Shown: piece after piece, positions 35,134-44,346 of the stretch | Layout of the letters: each line of letters starts with the position of its first letter | Numbering within the stretch: position 1 is the stretch's first letter | DNA from: a virus | Strand: one strand, 5' to 3' | Length of the DNA stretch: 64,000 bases | Virus record (IMG/VR): IMGVR_UViG_3300045988_112927 | Span: 56,519 to 120,518 of that record | Position numbers and translations under genes: made by a program | The notes under the pieces: model-generated | The model's database searches: none | What the model saw: only the letters and a program-made list of their open reading frames with translations | Told to the model about the DNA's origin: nothing

Positions 35134-35170
35134 AGGCTCCCACTGAAAAAGTGGGGGCTTTATTTTTTAT
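35134..35170 (+). terminator. intrinsic terminator
   Basis: AGGCTCCCAC-TGAAAAA-GTGGGGGCTT then TATTTTTTAT. Confidence 0.55.
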
Positions 35171-35299
35171 ATATGAGGATAACGGTAACGGGAAAATTTC
35201 TGAGGCTTGACTGGGACCGATCGGCCACCACCTACACTGTATTTTATAAATTATACTAGATTTTCATGCCCAGTAGTAAAGGAAATTTAAGCGAAGCGA

Positions 35300-35332
35300 A
35301 AATTTCAAAAGAAAAAGGAGTCATTAGACTCC
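35300..35332 (-). terminator. terminator hairpin at 3' end of minus-strand gene
   Basis: GGAGTC-ATTA-GACTCC with U-run on minus strand; overlaps stop codon. Confidence 0.4.
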
Positions 35333-35698
35333 TATCTCCTTAACCTCATAATCCATCGGTTCAACTAAAACTGCGGCAAGAGCATCTTTAATAAACTTAT
35401 CAATATATCCCTCATCTACATTCACACTCTCATCTACCGGCTTAGCTTCTACTCTCTTACCTCTTTCAGGCTTCTTCTTCTCTTCCTTAAAGTACACATA
35501 TCTATCTCTCTTCGGATACTCATCAACAGACATATGTTCCAAATCAGCATGCCCAACGACCTCATAATTTAAAACTATTTCTCCGGTCTCTTTAATAACA
35601 TACATTGTATTCGAAATACAGTCGTTGCGTTTGATTTCATTTTTTGAAACGACAATTACATCGTATCCTTTATAACTTCCAATTCGATTTCCTCTCAT
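35324..35698 (-). CDS. hypothetical protein
   Basis: ORF track 124 aa, last gene of reversed island. Confidence 0.4.
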   Translation of the reverse strand: MRGNRIGSYKGYDVIVVSKNEIKRNDCISNTMYVIKETGEIVLNYEVVGHADLEHMSVDEYPKRDRYVYFKEEKKKPERGKRVEAKPVDESVNVDEGYIDKFIKDALAAVLVEPMDYEVKEIGV

Positions 35699-35762
35699 TT
35701 CCTTTCAGAGCCTCCATTTTTCTTTCTTTTTATTTTTATTATACCATTTTTTTAGTAAAAAA

Positions 35763-35939
35763 TCAAATGAGATTTTCTAATTCCCTCTTTATATATGATT
35801 CAAAATCATCTTTTTTAGTTATAAAATAAAGACTTTCATCTTCTTTATCTAAATATATACTAACCTCTTCAATAGACTCTTTCTTTTTCTCCATAAGTCT
35901 ATTAAAATCTTCTAATGTACCTTTTCTAAATTTAATCAT
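35763..35939 (-). CDS. small hypothetical protein (58 aa)
   Basis: Internal start MIKFRKG with RBS AAAGGAGG; longer track ORF extends into repeat array. Confidence 0.35.
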   Translation of the reverse strand: MIKFRKGTLEDFNRLMEKKKESIEEVSIYLDKEDESLYFITKKDDFESYIKRELENLI

Positions 35940-35989
35940 AATGCGGCCTCCTTTCGCGCGGCTGAACGCCCCGAAGGGGCGTAATATTT

Positions 35990-36240
35990 TTGCAAAAATG
36001 CTGTTGCAATTTTGCAAAAATAAAGAGCAAAATTTGCAAATTTGTTGCAAATTGTAAGATATAAGATAGATTGTTGCAAAACAAACAAAATTTGTAAATT
36101 GCAAAAACGATTGTTGCAAATTTGCAAAAACTATTGTAAAAACTATTGCAAACATTTACTTTTTTGCAAAATTTTTGCAAAAAGACCGGACGAACAAAAA
36201 CAATTTTTGCAAAATTTGCAAAAACTATTGCAAACATTTA
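35990..36240. repeat. array of ~15 palindromic TTGCAA hexamers (plus TTGTAA variants) in A/T context; iteron-like
   Basis: Counted by eye: TTTTGCAAAA / ATTGCAAAC units, two 23-bp sub-repeats GCAAAAACTATTGCAAACATTTA. Confidence 0.6.
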
Positions 36241-36627
36241 AAATTCAAAATTCTCATTTTTCCTATTCTTCCAACCTTCATTATGGTCAACGGCGCTTTT
36301 CGATATTCCGAGCGTTTTAGCGATTTCCGCACTTGAATATCCCTCTCGCGCAAGTTTATAAATCTCAGTATCGTTAGTCTTTTTCTTTCTTCCGCCAACT
36401 TTACTCATTTCAACTTTTTTCTGATAAGCTTCTTTACTTGCGTCAATTCTACCTTTAAGCATATTTACAAAAGCTTGAACTATAGGGTCATCTAAATGCT
36501 GAAGTTCCATTTCCGTTCCATATCTCACGAACTCAGCAATAATCTTATCTTGTTGTTCAATGGGCAATTCTCTAATACTATCTAACCAGTCTTGATGAAC
36601 AACAAATGTAACATTACTATCTGCCAT
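36238..36627 (-). CDS. HTH DNA-binding protein (sigma-r4/resolvase-like HTH), candidate iteron-binding/replication organizer
   Basis: C-terminal EIYKLAREGYSSAEIAKTLGISKSAV helix-turn-helix; gene abuts TTGCAA array. Confidence 0.4.
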   Translation of the reverse strand: MADSNVTFVVHQDWLDSIRELPIEQQDKIIAEFVRYGTEMELQHLDDPIVQAFVNMLKGRIDASKEAYQKKVEMSKVGGRKKKTNDTEIYKLAREGYSSAEIAKTLGISKSAVDHNEGWKNRKNENFEF

Positions 36628-36814
36628 TTGCGTCCTCCTTTCTGGTTAAAAGAGAATCAAAAGCTTTTAAAAACTCCTCCGTCTCTTCATATACCCAACA
36701 ATTAAATTTAGGATTCTTTGGATTCTTCATTTCCGTCACATGCGCGAACCCTAATGATTGCAGCTTAATATGAATCTGGAGAGAATAAATAATTTTATAC
36801 TTTGCATTTGACAT
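36617..36814 (-). CDS. small hypothetical protein
   Basis: ORF track 65 aa, coupled to downstream HTH gene. Confidence 0.35.
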   Translation of the reverse strand: MSNAKYKIIYSLQIHIKLQSLGFAHVTEMKNPKNPKFNCWVYEETEEFLKAFDSLLTRKEDANGR

Positions 36815-36828
36815 TTTGAACTCTCCTT

Positions 36829-36978
36829 TTACTCCTCTTCTCTATTATGTAAGAGGTCTTTTATTGCTTTACGAATAACTTGCGACATGCTTAAATCATT
36901 CTCTTGGGCATATTGCGCGACAGCTTCTTTTTCGTCTTTAGATAATCGTAAAGACAATGTAGTCATTTCTTCAGCCAT
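36829..36978 (-). CDS. ribbon-helix-helix (CopG/Arc-like) regulator (49 aa)
   Basis: MAEEMTTLSLRLSKDEKEAVAQYAQENDLSMSQVIRKAIKDLL; RBS AAAGGAGG. Confidence 0.5.
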   Translation of the reverse strand: MAEEMTTLSLRLSKDEKEAVAQYAQENDLSMSQVIRKAIKDLLHNREEE

Positions 36979-37065
36979 ATAAATATGACCTCCTTTCTAA
37001 GTCTAATATATATAAAAGTTTTTTGTAATACTTTGTTCTACTCTGTCCTACAAAATTTATCCTTT

Positions 37066-37095
37066 ATTGATTTATAATAAAAAAAATGATATAAT
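37066..37095 (+). promoter_or_regulatory. class-3 promoter (TTGATT-18-TGATATAAT)
   Basis: Member of conserved 45-bp promoter repeat family. Confidence 0.5.
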
Positions 37096-37149
37096 ATTTA
37101 TATAAAGGAAAAAGGATACGGTTTCGTCACGGGTTCGTCGTTTTCCGTA

Positions 37150-37205
37150 AATCCTTGCAAAAACCATTTTTGCAAAACTTGCAACTTTTTTGCAAATTTA
37201 ACAAA
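37150..37205. repeat. four additional TTGCAA sites flanking the reversed island on its right side
   Basis: CTTGCAAAAACC, TTTTGCAAAAC, CTTGCAAC, TTTTGCAAATTT. Confidence 0.5.
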
Positions 37206-37220
37206 AGGAGATGATACTAT

Positions 37221-37469
37221 ATGCTAAATCCTTACGCTTATAAAGTAGAACTAATAATTGGCGATTCAAGAACAGTTAAGCATCAATGCGGCCTCGTCTA
37301 TGGCGATTCTTATGCCGATGTCGCCGGCAATATTGAAGAATACTACGGAGAGGAACTTGTATCTATCGAGTTACTCTACGCAATGGAAGACTCTCTGTTA
37401 ATTTTAACCGAGGATGCACTTAATAACATCGTGAAAGGAGATTGGGACGATGACACTTACTGTGAATAA
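37221..37469 (+). CDS. hypothetical protein
   Basis: ORF track 82 aa. Confidence 0.4.
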   Translation: MLNPYAYKVELIIGDSRTVKHQCGLVYGDSYADVAGNIEEYYGEELVSIELLYAMEDSLLILTEDALNNIVKGDWDDDTYCE

Positions 37470-37929
37470 ATGTAAAACTTGCGCGAGGCTTGACTCCTCG
37501 ACTCTACGATGCAGGCTTAATGGTGTCGATGTAGACCCGAATGAAGATTTCTGCTCACAGCACGCATTTGAAGATAGCGTTAATACTTGCGATATTTGCG
37601 GTAGAAAATTCATAGGCAAAGGCACTCTTACCGTCATTGACGGTAAAGTACATATAAACTGTCAGTTATGTGACAGAAATATGGGGACTTGCGCGACCTG
37701 TAAACATAATACGGGATATTGTGCATTTTATGATAAAACTGTTCATCCAGAGCTTTCGCCAGTAATAATGGTAGAAAGACCCGTCCCTGGAGGCACCGCG
37801 CGCATCCAGCAGCGTAATGAAGAAAGACAAAAAGTGGTATGTTCTGGTTGTAAGTGCTGGAATGATGAATTCAAATCTTGCAAAGAGACAAATACTTGCA
37901 AGAATTATGAGGTAAATTTTCATAATTAA
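37450..37929 (+). CDS. Cys-rich multi-zinc-finger protein
   Basis: 159 aa with >20 Cys in CxxC pairs. Confidence 0.4.
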   Translation: MTLTVNKCKTCARLDSSTLRCRLNGVDVDPNEDFCSQHAFEDSVNTCDICGRKFIGKGTLTVIDGKVHINCQLCDRNMGTCATCKHNTGYCAFYDKTVHPELSPVIMVERPVPGGTARIQQRNEERQKVVCSGCKCWNDEFKSCKETNTCKNYEVNFHN

Positions 37930-37989
37930 CAACTCCTTTTAATTATATTATACCAAAAAACCAGTTAAAAATCAATTGGAGGAAATAAA

Positions 37990-38769
37990 ATGTTTGAAGG
38001 TTTGAGAAAAGGAAAAAGCTCTAAAGATACCTTAGAATATTATGATATGAATGGCAATAGACCGCCTGAGCTACCAGTAGAACCAAGATGGATATGGGTA
38101 CATGGATATAAGGCTCTAAACGCGAATATGTGCGGTTATGGTGGTTTTCAATATGAGTTTGGTAAAACATATAAAATCCAAGAGGGAACTGAAGTAAAAA
38201 TGTGTTCAAATGGATTCCATTTTTGCCTAAGTCCTCGTTTAATATCTCAGTTTTACAAATACGGAAGATTATTTAAAGTGCGCGCACTCGTTCTGGAGAG
38301 CGAATTTACCAAGGCGCAGGAGTGGTTAAAAGAGAACCCAAGAGGTATTAGAGACTATGATTTTTATTCATATGCTTACAGACGCACCGGTTATCCTTGT
38401 AATTATGATAAGCTGGTAGCAAAAGAAATCGAAATCCTCGAAGAAATTCCTATCTCAGAAGCCAGAGGATTCTTTTATTCAGCAGAAGGTGTTAAAACCG
38501 ACGAAGATTATATGGATTTTATTCAGTATCTGGCAGAGCATAAAGATGCTGATGGCTGGTATTTTCAGAGATATATGGATATTATTGCGAGTGCTGGCAT
38601 TTCTGGTACTTTGAGTAAAATCTTTTATGACAGTGTTAAAAGTACTGGAAGAAAGTTTAAGATTGCCGAATATGCAAAAGGTCTCGGAGAAACTAAAATG
38701 TCTGATGATATGAAGATTTATCTTTTAACCAAAAAGGTCGATGAACTTGTTGCGGAGGAAAAGAAGTAA
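37990..38769 (+). CDS. hypothetical protein
   Basis: ORF track 259 aa. Confidence 0.4.
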   Translation: MFEGLRKGKSSKDTLEYYDMNGNRPPELPVEPRWIWVHGYKALNANMCGYGGFQYEFGKTYKIQEGTEVKMCSNGFHFCLSPRLISQFYKYGRLFKVRALVLESEFTKAQEWLKENPRGIRDYDFYSYAYRRTGYPCNYDKLVAKEIEILEEIPISEARGFFYSAEGVKTDEDYMDFIQYLAEHKDADGWYFQRYMDIIASAGISGTLSKIFYDSVKSTGRKFKIAEYAKGLGETKMSDDMKIYLLTKKVDELVAEEKK

Positions 38770-39002
38770 TGGAATTTGTAAATATTTATGATGATAATGA
38801 CATTGATATGATTGTACGAGTGTCGTCTATCGAAAGAATCATGCGTGGACCGCACCAGCCCGAAGACAGTGACATTTCAGTGGACCAATATATCACAGTT
38901 GAAATGAAGAACGAAGGTCCAATCATCTTAAGATATGATGATGAATATAACTGTGACGATGTTTTTGAAGAATTGTGTGATGCTTTGTGTGAAGGAGAGT
39001 AA
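38769..39002 (+). CDS. hypothetical acidic protein
   Basis: ORF track 77 aa. Confidence 0.35.
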   Translation: MEFVNIYDDNDIDMIVRVSSIERIMRGPHQPEDSDISVDQYITVEMKNEGPIILRYDDEYNCDDVFEELCDALCEGE

Positions 39003-39005
39003 AAG

Positions 39006-39674
39006 ATGAAAAGAAAATTAGGATTATTGTTAGTTGCAATTATGTTAGTTTTTTGTTTAGTAGGATGCGGCGAGGCCGTTACGTCGACCGTCACAGCGAC
39101 TTCGACAGAAGAGCCTATTAAGTTGTCTTTTATGGCTGAGTTTTATGATAATGAAGGACTTAACTGGTTGAATGTCGAAGGAAGCAATTTCGATATTAAA
39201 CCTAATAAGGTAAAGCAATATGGCTACAGTTCAGATGGAAGCTGGGATTATTGGTACGAAACTTCATCTATCGTATCTGTTGTAATTGATGATAAAGACA
39301 TTGAAACCTGCGGCTCGACAGTTCTTTTCTATGATACAAGATTAGAAAAGATTGATATTGAATTGCCAACAGATGTTACACTTTCTACTGGTGATACAGC
39401 ATCTATTATAGTACCTACGGACTTACGAGGTCAAGAGTATTGGACATTAAATTGGTGGTGGGATACAAAAAATCTTAATAACTACAATGGCGGTTCACGC
39501 ATCGTTATTATCCAATCACAGTTAGGCGACCCAATTTGTATGTTTGCTGGAGATGAAGTTACATGGGACATTCCCAAAAATTTACCAAAAACCACTGAGA
39601 TTTGTATTGACGGCAAGATGCTTTACATACATCGAGCGAACTTCGCTATTGTAGATACAAGCGTATTTGAATAA
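39006..39674 (+). CDS. lipoprotein
   Basis: Signal peptide with lipobox LVGCG. Confidence 0.5.
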   Translation: MKRKLGLLLVAIMLVFCLVGCGEAVTSTVTATSTEEPIKLSFMAEFYDNEGLNWLNVEGSNFDIKPNKVKQYGYSSDGSWDYWYETSSIVSVVIDDKDIETCGSTVLFYDTRLEKIDIELPTDVTLSTGDTASIIVPTDLRGQEYWTLNWWWDTKNLNNYNGGSRIVIIQSQLGDPICMFAGDEVTWDIPKNLPKTTEICIDGKMLYIHRANFAIVDTSVFE

Positions 39675-39687
39675 AGAAAGAAATCGA

Positions 39688-39747
39688 AAGCTCTCTTGCT
39701 GGTTGCAAGAGGGCTTTATTGATTTTTATAAAAATAAATGATATAAT
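39688..39747 (+). promoter_or_regulatory. terminator hairpin (GCTCTCTTGC..GCAAGAGGGC) fused to class-3 promoter
   Basis: TTGATTTTTATAAAAATAAATGATATAAT. Confidence 0.5.
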
Positions 39748-39779
39748 TATTATATAATAAAGGAAAGGAATTGATATTT

Positions 39780-40298
39780 ATGGCTTTGAAAGGTGTTAAC
39801 CTGTTAAATAATATATTAAATGAATTTCTTGAACCTTTTGACGCAACTGCTAAGATTGGTCCAGACTTCTGCTATTACTATACTGATTCTACTATTCAGT
39901 ATGCTTTATGCATAAGTGAGAAAGCAGATAGATATTTTACTAATCATATAAAAAGATTGGCTCCGGACATTCATTGTGATACATTTTTGATTTCATTTTT
40001 ACATGAACTTGGTCACCATGAAACAATAGATGAAATCAGCGAATCTGATGATAGATTTAGTCGCAATATGAAAGATACTATTGATGACACTCTTGAATCT
40101 CCAGATGGCTCAGACCCAGTAGTAGAAGAAACTATGCATGATTTATATTTTAATTTGCCTGATGAAGCTGCGGCGACCGCTTGGGCGATTGATTACATTA
40201 GGACACATGTAGAAGAAATCAAAGTATTTTGGGAAAGAGTGCAGGCTGCTATAATGCTTATTTATGAGCTGAATGAAGTCGAGATTGATGAGTTCTAA
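39780..40298 (+). CDS. putative HExxH zinc metallopeptidase (ImmA/IrrE-like)
   Basis: SFLHELGHHETIDE motif; ATG 39780. Confidence 0.35.
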   Translation: MALKGVNLLNNILNEFLEPFDATAKIGPDFCYYYTDSTIQYALCISEKADRYFTNHIKRLAPDIHCDTFLISFLHELGHHETIDEISESDDRFSRNMKDTIDDTLESPDGSDPVVEETMHDLYFNLPDEAAATAWAIDYIRTHVEEIKVFWERVQAAIMLIYELNEVEIDEF

Positions 40299-40307
40299 AG
40301 AGCGAAA

Positions 40308-40336
40308 TTGATTTTTAATAAAAAATTTGATATAAT
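40308..40336 (+). promoter_or_regulatory. class-3 promoter
   Basis: TTGATTTTTAATAAAAAATTTGATATAAT. Confidence 0.5.
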
Positions 40337-40368
40337 ATATATATAAGGTAAGAAAGGAAGTGAGTTAA

Positions 40369-40704
40369 TTGTTGTGGGGTTGGTTATCTTCAAGAAATCG
40401 TAAAAGACATCAGAGAGCAATGAATTCTTTGGTGCGTATTATGAATAAAAACATTGAAAATGACAGTCTATGGCAAGGTCGATTTTATGTGCGGCAGGTC
40501 GCTTCCAGGTGGCGTGAATATGAGGATAAGAGTGGTGGAGAGTTGTATGTAATTCTTCGCTTATATGACAAACAAACTGGTATAACTAAAGATGTTGCAG
40601 AAAGCGTTAATTATTGGAGATATTTCAATGGAAGTCATCTTTGGTGGACAGTAAATGATTTTATCGTAGATATAACTAATAAATCTCGTGGAGGTGGTAT
40701 TTAA
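40369..40704 (+). CDS. hypothetical protein (TTG start)
   Basis: ORF track 111 aa; RBS GAAAGGAAG. Confidence 0.3.
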   Translation: MLWGWLSSRNRKRHQRAMNSLVRIMNKNIENDSLWQGRFYVRQVASRWREYEDKSGGELYVILRLYDKQTGITKDVAESVNYWRYFNGSHLWWTVNDFIVDITNKSRGGGI

Positions 40705-41417
40705 TGCCAGTAGCAAAAAGCTATCAGAATATTGGAATTTCTGGAGAACCTTACCAGGTTAATGGTAGAATGTATGTAAAACTTGAAACTGGTAAGCAGG
40801 TTCGTTGGTACACAGAAGCTGAATATGCTAAGATGTATGCCGGCAGGGAAGATAAGCCTGTTAGACAGACACCTAAAACCGAGAAAGAAGCATTAGGCTT
40901 TGAAAATGGCTTTATTACTATTTTCAAGGGCGACACATATGCTGCTATCGAATGGTTCAGAGCTTCTGTGTGCAAATATAATAAGATTTTCGGCTGGTAT
41001 TGTCCTTCAACAGAGGAACTGCCTAAAGATATTCCTATTGGTATAGACCCGATTCGTATTGAGTGGGATAATGTAAGTGCGGAAGACGGCGTGTCACTGA
41101 AAAGTGAGTCTTTCGCTAAGGAATATATTCAGCAGTTCCTGTATGATGAATCACCTTCTGAGTTTCTTGGAGAAGTTAAGGAACGCATTGAAATTACAGT
41201 CACCATTAAGAAAGCTGTTGAATTGAATGGTTTTTATGGTCGGTCAACAATGCATATTATGGAAGATATTTGCGGCAATGTCCTTGTTTGGACGACTTCT
41301 GCAAAAACTCTTATTGAGGGCAAAGAGTATAATCTGAAAGGTACTGTAAAGGCTCATAATGTTTATAAAAATACTAAACAGACAGTACTTACAAGATGTA
41401 CTGTATCGGAGGTGTAG
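40704..41417 (+). CDS. hypothetical protein, possible OB-fold C-terminus
   Basis: ORF track 237 aa. Confidence 0.35.
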   Translation: MPVAKSYQNIGISGEPYQVNGRMYVKLETGKQVRWYTEAEYAKMYAGREDKPVRQTPKTEKEALGFENGFITIFKGDTYAAIEWFRASVCKYNKIFGWYCPSTEELPKDIPIGIDPIRIEWDNVSAEDGVSLKSESFAKEYIQQFLYDESPSEFLGEVKERIEITVTIKKAVELNGFYGRSTMHIMEDICGNVLVWTTSAKTLIEGKEYNLKGTVKAHNVYKNTKQTVLTRCTVSEV

Positions 41418-41418
41418 T

Positions 41419-41679
41419 ATGATTACACCTCCTTGGTATAATAATCCAATAGAAAAAACGGCTTTTAATTTATATGCAATGGAATGTGAGGGAGAGCTGC
41501 CGACAAGACAGGGAAAAATAAATCAGATAATCAAATTGATGGTTGCGGCAGGTCCATTCAAATGCAATGATTTTGCAGTTCAATGTGAAATATATGATAC
41601 AGTAGGGATTGATAGTGATACCTTTACAGATGAGGAGGTTTCATATATAGAAAGAGAGGTGGCTAAAAGGCTTTGCTAA
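41419..41679 (+). CDS. hypothetical protein (86 aa)
   Basis: ATG 41419 after GGAGGTG. Confidence 0.4.
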   Translation: MITPPWYNNPIEKTAFNLYAMECEGELPTRQGKINQIIKLMVAAGPFKCNDFAVQCEIYDTVGIDSDTFTDEEVSYIEREVAKRLC

Positions 41680-42725
41680 GTTATTTATCTCCAAAGCAAT
41701 TTGCCGATATATTTAATGACTTTTGCAAGCAAACCAGAAAAAGTAATGGTGAAATATATAAGAAATTACCATATAATGACTGGTCTGACATTAAAAGAAA
41801 TTTTGTCGGTAAATGCGTAACACTTGAATATTGTGATGACAGTGACACAATTATTCTTTACACAAATGACCATAATGAGATTGAATTAGACAGCAGCGAT
41901 TACTCATTTGGCTCTTACCTCTTTGATAATTGTCTTACGGAGGTTACAGAAATGTATTCAGATTCAAGTAGCAGCAGCACATATAGAAGAAACACCAGCT
42001 CAACTTCTTATAATGATTATTATAATGACGGCTGCGTATTAAAAAGAAATGATGAAATAGCAACTTTGAAAAAAGATGTTAAAACCAAGATGATGGAAGA
42101 AAAGGAGAATAAGAAAGATATGAAAGGTTTCAATTTTGATTTCGGTCCTTGCACCAATGACAATATTAAGATGAGTATCTACGGTCTTGCAGTTCAGAAC
42201 AATGCCGGCGTATGGGTATCTTATAATACCAAAGAGGGTACTATCATTGATGTTGACATTCTGAATTTTGATGGTCGCAAGTATATGTTCAAGATGCCGG
42301 TGGCTGTAAAGGATATTAAGAAAGGCGATATTATTGTTCACAACCGCATCCCGATGTTTGTTATCGACACTGAGAGTGGTATTATGGCAGTTGATGTGCG
42401 CGCCGGTGAAGAGAAGAAAATCATCCCTACAACCAATATGTTCGGTTTCAATTTCGTGACTAAGATTGTTTCCATGTTCGATGCTATGGGTTCTGCGCCT
42501 ACCCCGGATGCTCCGTTCGGTAATATGCTCCCTCTAATGCTTATGACCGATGATGGTAAGGATTTCGACCCTGCAATGCTTATGCTAATGATGAACAGTA
42601 ATGGCGCCGGTACCGGTTTTGATATGAGCAATCCTATGATGCTGTATTTCCTTATGAAAGATGGCAAGGGTAGTGATATGCTTCCTCTGATGTTTTTGAT
42701 GAATAACAAGCCTGCTGGTAACTAA
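41673..42725 (+). CDS. hypothetical protein with Met-rich C-terminal repeats
   Basis: C-terminal MLPLMLMTDDGKDFDPAMLMLMMNS..MLPLMFLMNNK. Confidence 0.4.
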   Translation: MLSYLSPKQFADIFNDFCKQTRKSNGEIYKKLPYNDWSDIKRNFVGKCVTLEYCDDSDTIILYTNDHNEIELDSSDYSFGSYLFDNCLTEVTEMYSDSSSSSTYRRNTSSTSYNDYYNDGCVLKRNDEIATLKKDVKTKMMEEKENKKDMKGFNFDFGPCTNDNIKMSIYGLAVQNNAGVWVSYNTKEGTIIDVDILNFDGRKYMFKMPVAVKDIKKGDIIVHNRIPMFVIDTESGIMAVDVRAGEEKKIIPTTNMFGFNFVTKIVSMFDAMGSAPTPDAPFGNMLPLMLMTDDGKDFDPAMLMLMMNSNGAGTGFDMSNPMMLYFLMKDGKGSDMLPLMFLMNNKPAGN

Positions 42726-42738
42726 TTGGATAAAGAAA

Positions 42739-42795
42739 GCCTCTTGTTGAAAGACAAGGGGCTTTTTTGATTTTTTATAAAAAATTTGATATAAT
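42739..42795 (+). promoter_or_regulatory. terminator hairpin (GCCTCTTGT..ACAAGGGGC-TTTTTT) fused to class-3 promoter
   Basis: TTGATTTTTTATAAAAAATTTGATATAAT. Confidence 0.55.
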
Positions 42796-42821
42796 ATATA
42801 TATAAGATAAAGGAAATGGAG

Positions 42822-42992
42822 ATGATTCAAAAAATGAAAGTTGTAATTGAAGTTAGTGAAGAGGAAATGATGGAAATCCTGCTCAGAGACCCCAGAGTAA
42901 ACTCTATGAGTGATGCAGATATTATGTTGAAGGAGCAGATACTTAATAATCTTGATATTATCGAAAATGCAGAGATTCGCGTTGCAAAATAA
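42822..42992 (+). CDS. small hypothetical protein (56 aa)
   Basis: MIQKMKVVIEVSEEEMMEIL... Confidence 0.3.
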   Translation: MIQKMKVVIEVSEEEMMEILLRDPRVNSMSDADIMLKEQILNNLDIIENAEIRVAK

Positions 42993-43001
42993 GGAGGTTA
43001 A

Positions 43002-43205
43002 ATGATGGAAGTTAAAGTTGGAACAGTGCTTCAGAGAAGTGAATCAATTTATCTTGTAACTAAAGTTAATGAAGATGGTTCAGTGGTTGCACAGTTGTGC
43101 GGCGGCACTCCTAAAGGATTTAGTCCTATTCCAGGAGTAACAATGTATTTATCTAAAGAAAGCATTGATGAATGTATAAAGCTCGGAGAAGCTGAGGAGA
43201 TATAA
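43002..43205 (+). CDS. hypothetical protein
   Basis: ORF track 67 aa. Confidence 0.4.
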   Translation: MMEVKVGTVLQRSESIYLVTKVNEDGSVVAQLCGGTPKGFSPIPGVTMYLSKESIDECIKLGEAEEI

Positions 43206-43498
43206 TGGCAAAATATAAGATTTTTGCGGGACTAGGTGGAAGTTTCGGCGGCGCTAAATATGTGGAAACTATTGATGTAGAAACAGAAGAGAGCGCGATG
43301 AATTACGCCTATGAAAGTGCTTGTGAAGAATATGAAGGTTATGCTGGAATGTATGGCTTAACCAGTTATGCTGATATAGAGCGAGACCCAGAAGCATATA
43401 GTGTAGATGAAGATGCTGATGAAGAAATTTTATTTGAAGCATATGATGAAGAAAGAAGTAGCTGGTTAAGTTATTATGTAGAAAAAATGGAGGAATAA
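43205..43498 (+). CDS. hypothetical acidic protein
   Basis: ORF track 97 aa. Confidence 0.4.
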   Translation: MAKYKIFAGLGGSFGGAKYVETIDVETEESAMNYAYESACEEYEGYAGMYGLTSYADIERDPEAYSVDEDADEEILFEAYDEERSSWLSYYVEKMEE

Positions 43499-43499
43499 T

Positions 43500-44006
43500 A
43501 TGTTTTCTGTTGAAGATATTAAGAGAGAGTTAAATAAATTATCTGCTATGGTTGATGATGAATTTGATATTCCAGTAGGCATAAATGGCAGATTAACAAG
43601 AACTCTTGGCAGAGTCCATATTGAGCGTCGTGACGGAGTATGGTATCCGGCTCGTATGGAGTTTTCTCGTCAATTTCTTGAATCTTCAACAGATGCAAGC
43701 ATTATTTCTGTAATTCAACATGAATGGTGCCATTATTATGTGGCTAAGAGTACAGGCGAATCTCATGGTCATGATAGCGTGTTCAAGGCTATGTGCGCGA
43801 GGGTCGGTTGTACGAACGATGGAACGGAAACAAAAGTGGAAAGAACTGTATCTGACAGTAAGTTATTCAAATATCAGGTATTCTGTCCTACTTGTAATGA
43901 ATTTGTAGCTGAATTTAACCGTATGTGTCCAACTCTTAAGAACATTAAATATTGTACTTGCACACAGTGCGGAAAAGGTAATCTTTCATATGTGCAAAAC
44001 TGGTAA
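43500..44006 (+). CDS. SprT-like zinc metalloprotease
   Basis: HEWCHY (HExxH) plus C-terminal CPTCN...CTCTQCG zinc ribbon. Confidence 0.45.
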   Translation: MFSVEDIKRELNKLSAMVDDEFDIPVGINGRLTRTLGRVHIERRDGVWYPARMEFSRQFLESSTDASIISVIQHEWCHYYVAKSTGESHGHDSVFKAMCARVGCTNDGTETKVERTVSDSKLFKYQVFCPTCNEFVAEFNRMCPTLKNIKYCTCTQCGKGNLSYVQNW

Positions 44007-44018
44007 TTAGAAGTTTCT

Positions 44019-44048
44019 TTGATTTTTTATTAAAATTATTATATAATA
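44019..44048 (+). promoter_or_regulatory. class-3 promoter
   Basis: TTGATTTTTTATTAAAATTATTATATAAT. Confidence 0.45.
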
Positions 44049-44079
44049 TATATATAAGAAAAAGAAAGGAAATTTCAAA

Positions 44080-44346
44080 ATGTCAAAGATTTGGAGTGCT
44101 TTGGTTGATTTAGTTGAGAATTATTTCACAGACGAAAATGACCGTGTAAGAAAATACAATGATGAAGATATTTCATTGGATGAAGCCATTTTTAATTATT
44201 TGAAAGAAGCTGATTGCTCCCAGTTCGTTGTTGATGAGGACACGATTTTTGAAAGTCCTGGCTATGACACTGGCGTAGTAACTGCCGCATGGATTGAAGG
44301 AGATGGCATTCTTCATACAATCATGTTTCAGTGGGAATGCATGTAG
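44080..44346 (+). CDS. hypothetical protein
   Basis: ORF track 88 aa. Confidence 0.4.
   Translation: MSKIWSALVDLVENYFTDENDRVRKYNDEDISLDEAIFNYLKEADCSQFVVDEDTIFESPGYDTGVVTAAWIEGDGILHTIMFQWECM

Noticed and set aside
35763-36237. ORF-track ORFs 35932..36237, 35936..36127, 36042..36320 and the long form of 35763..36155
   Set aside because: All are read through the TTGCAA repeat array, giving low-complexity Phe/Cys/Lys/Asn translations. These are artefacts of the repeat. Only the 58-aa form with an RBS (35763..35939) was kept.
35990-36240. Possibility that the TTGCAA array is a CRISPR array
   Set aside because: The repeats are only 6-10 bp. Spacing is irregular (3-20 bp) and AT-homopolymeric rather than unique spacers, and there are no cas genes. 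This is iteron-like, not CRISPR.
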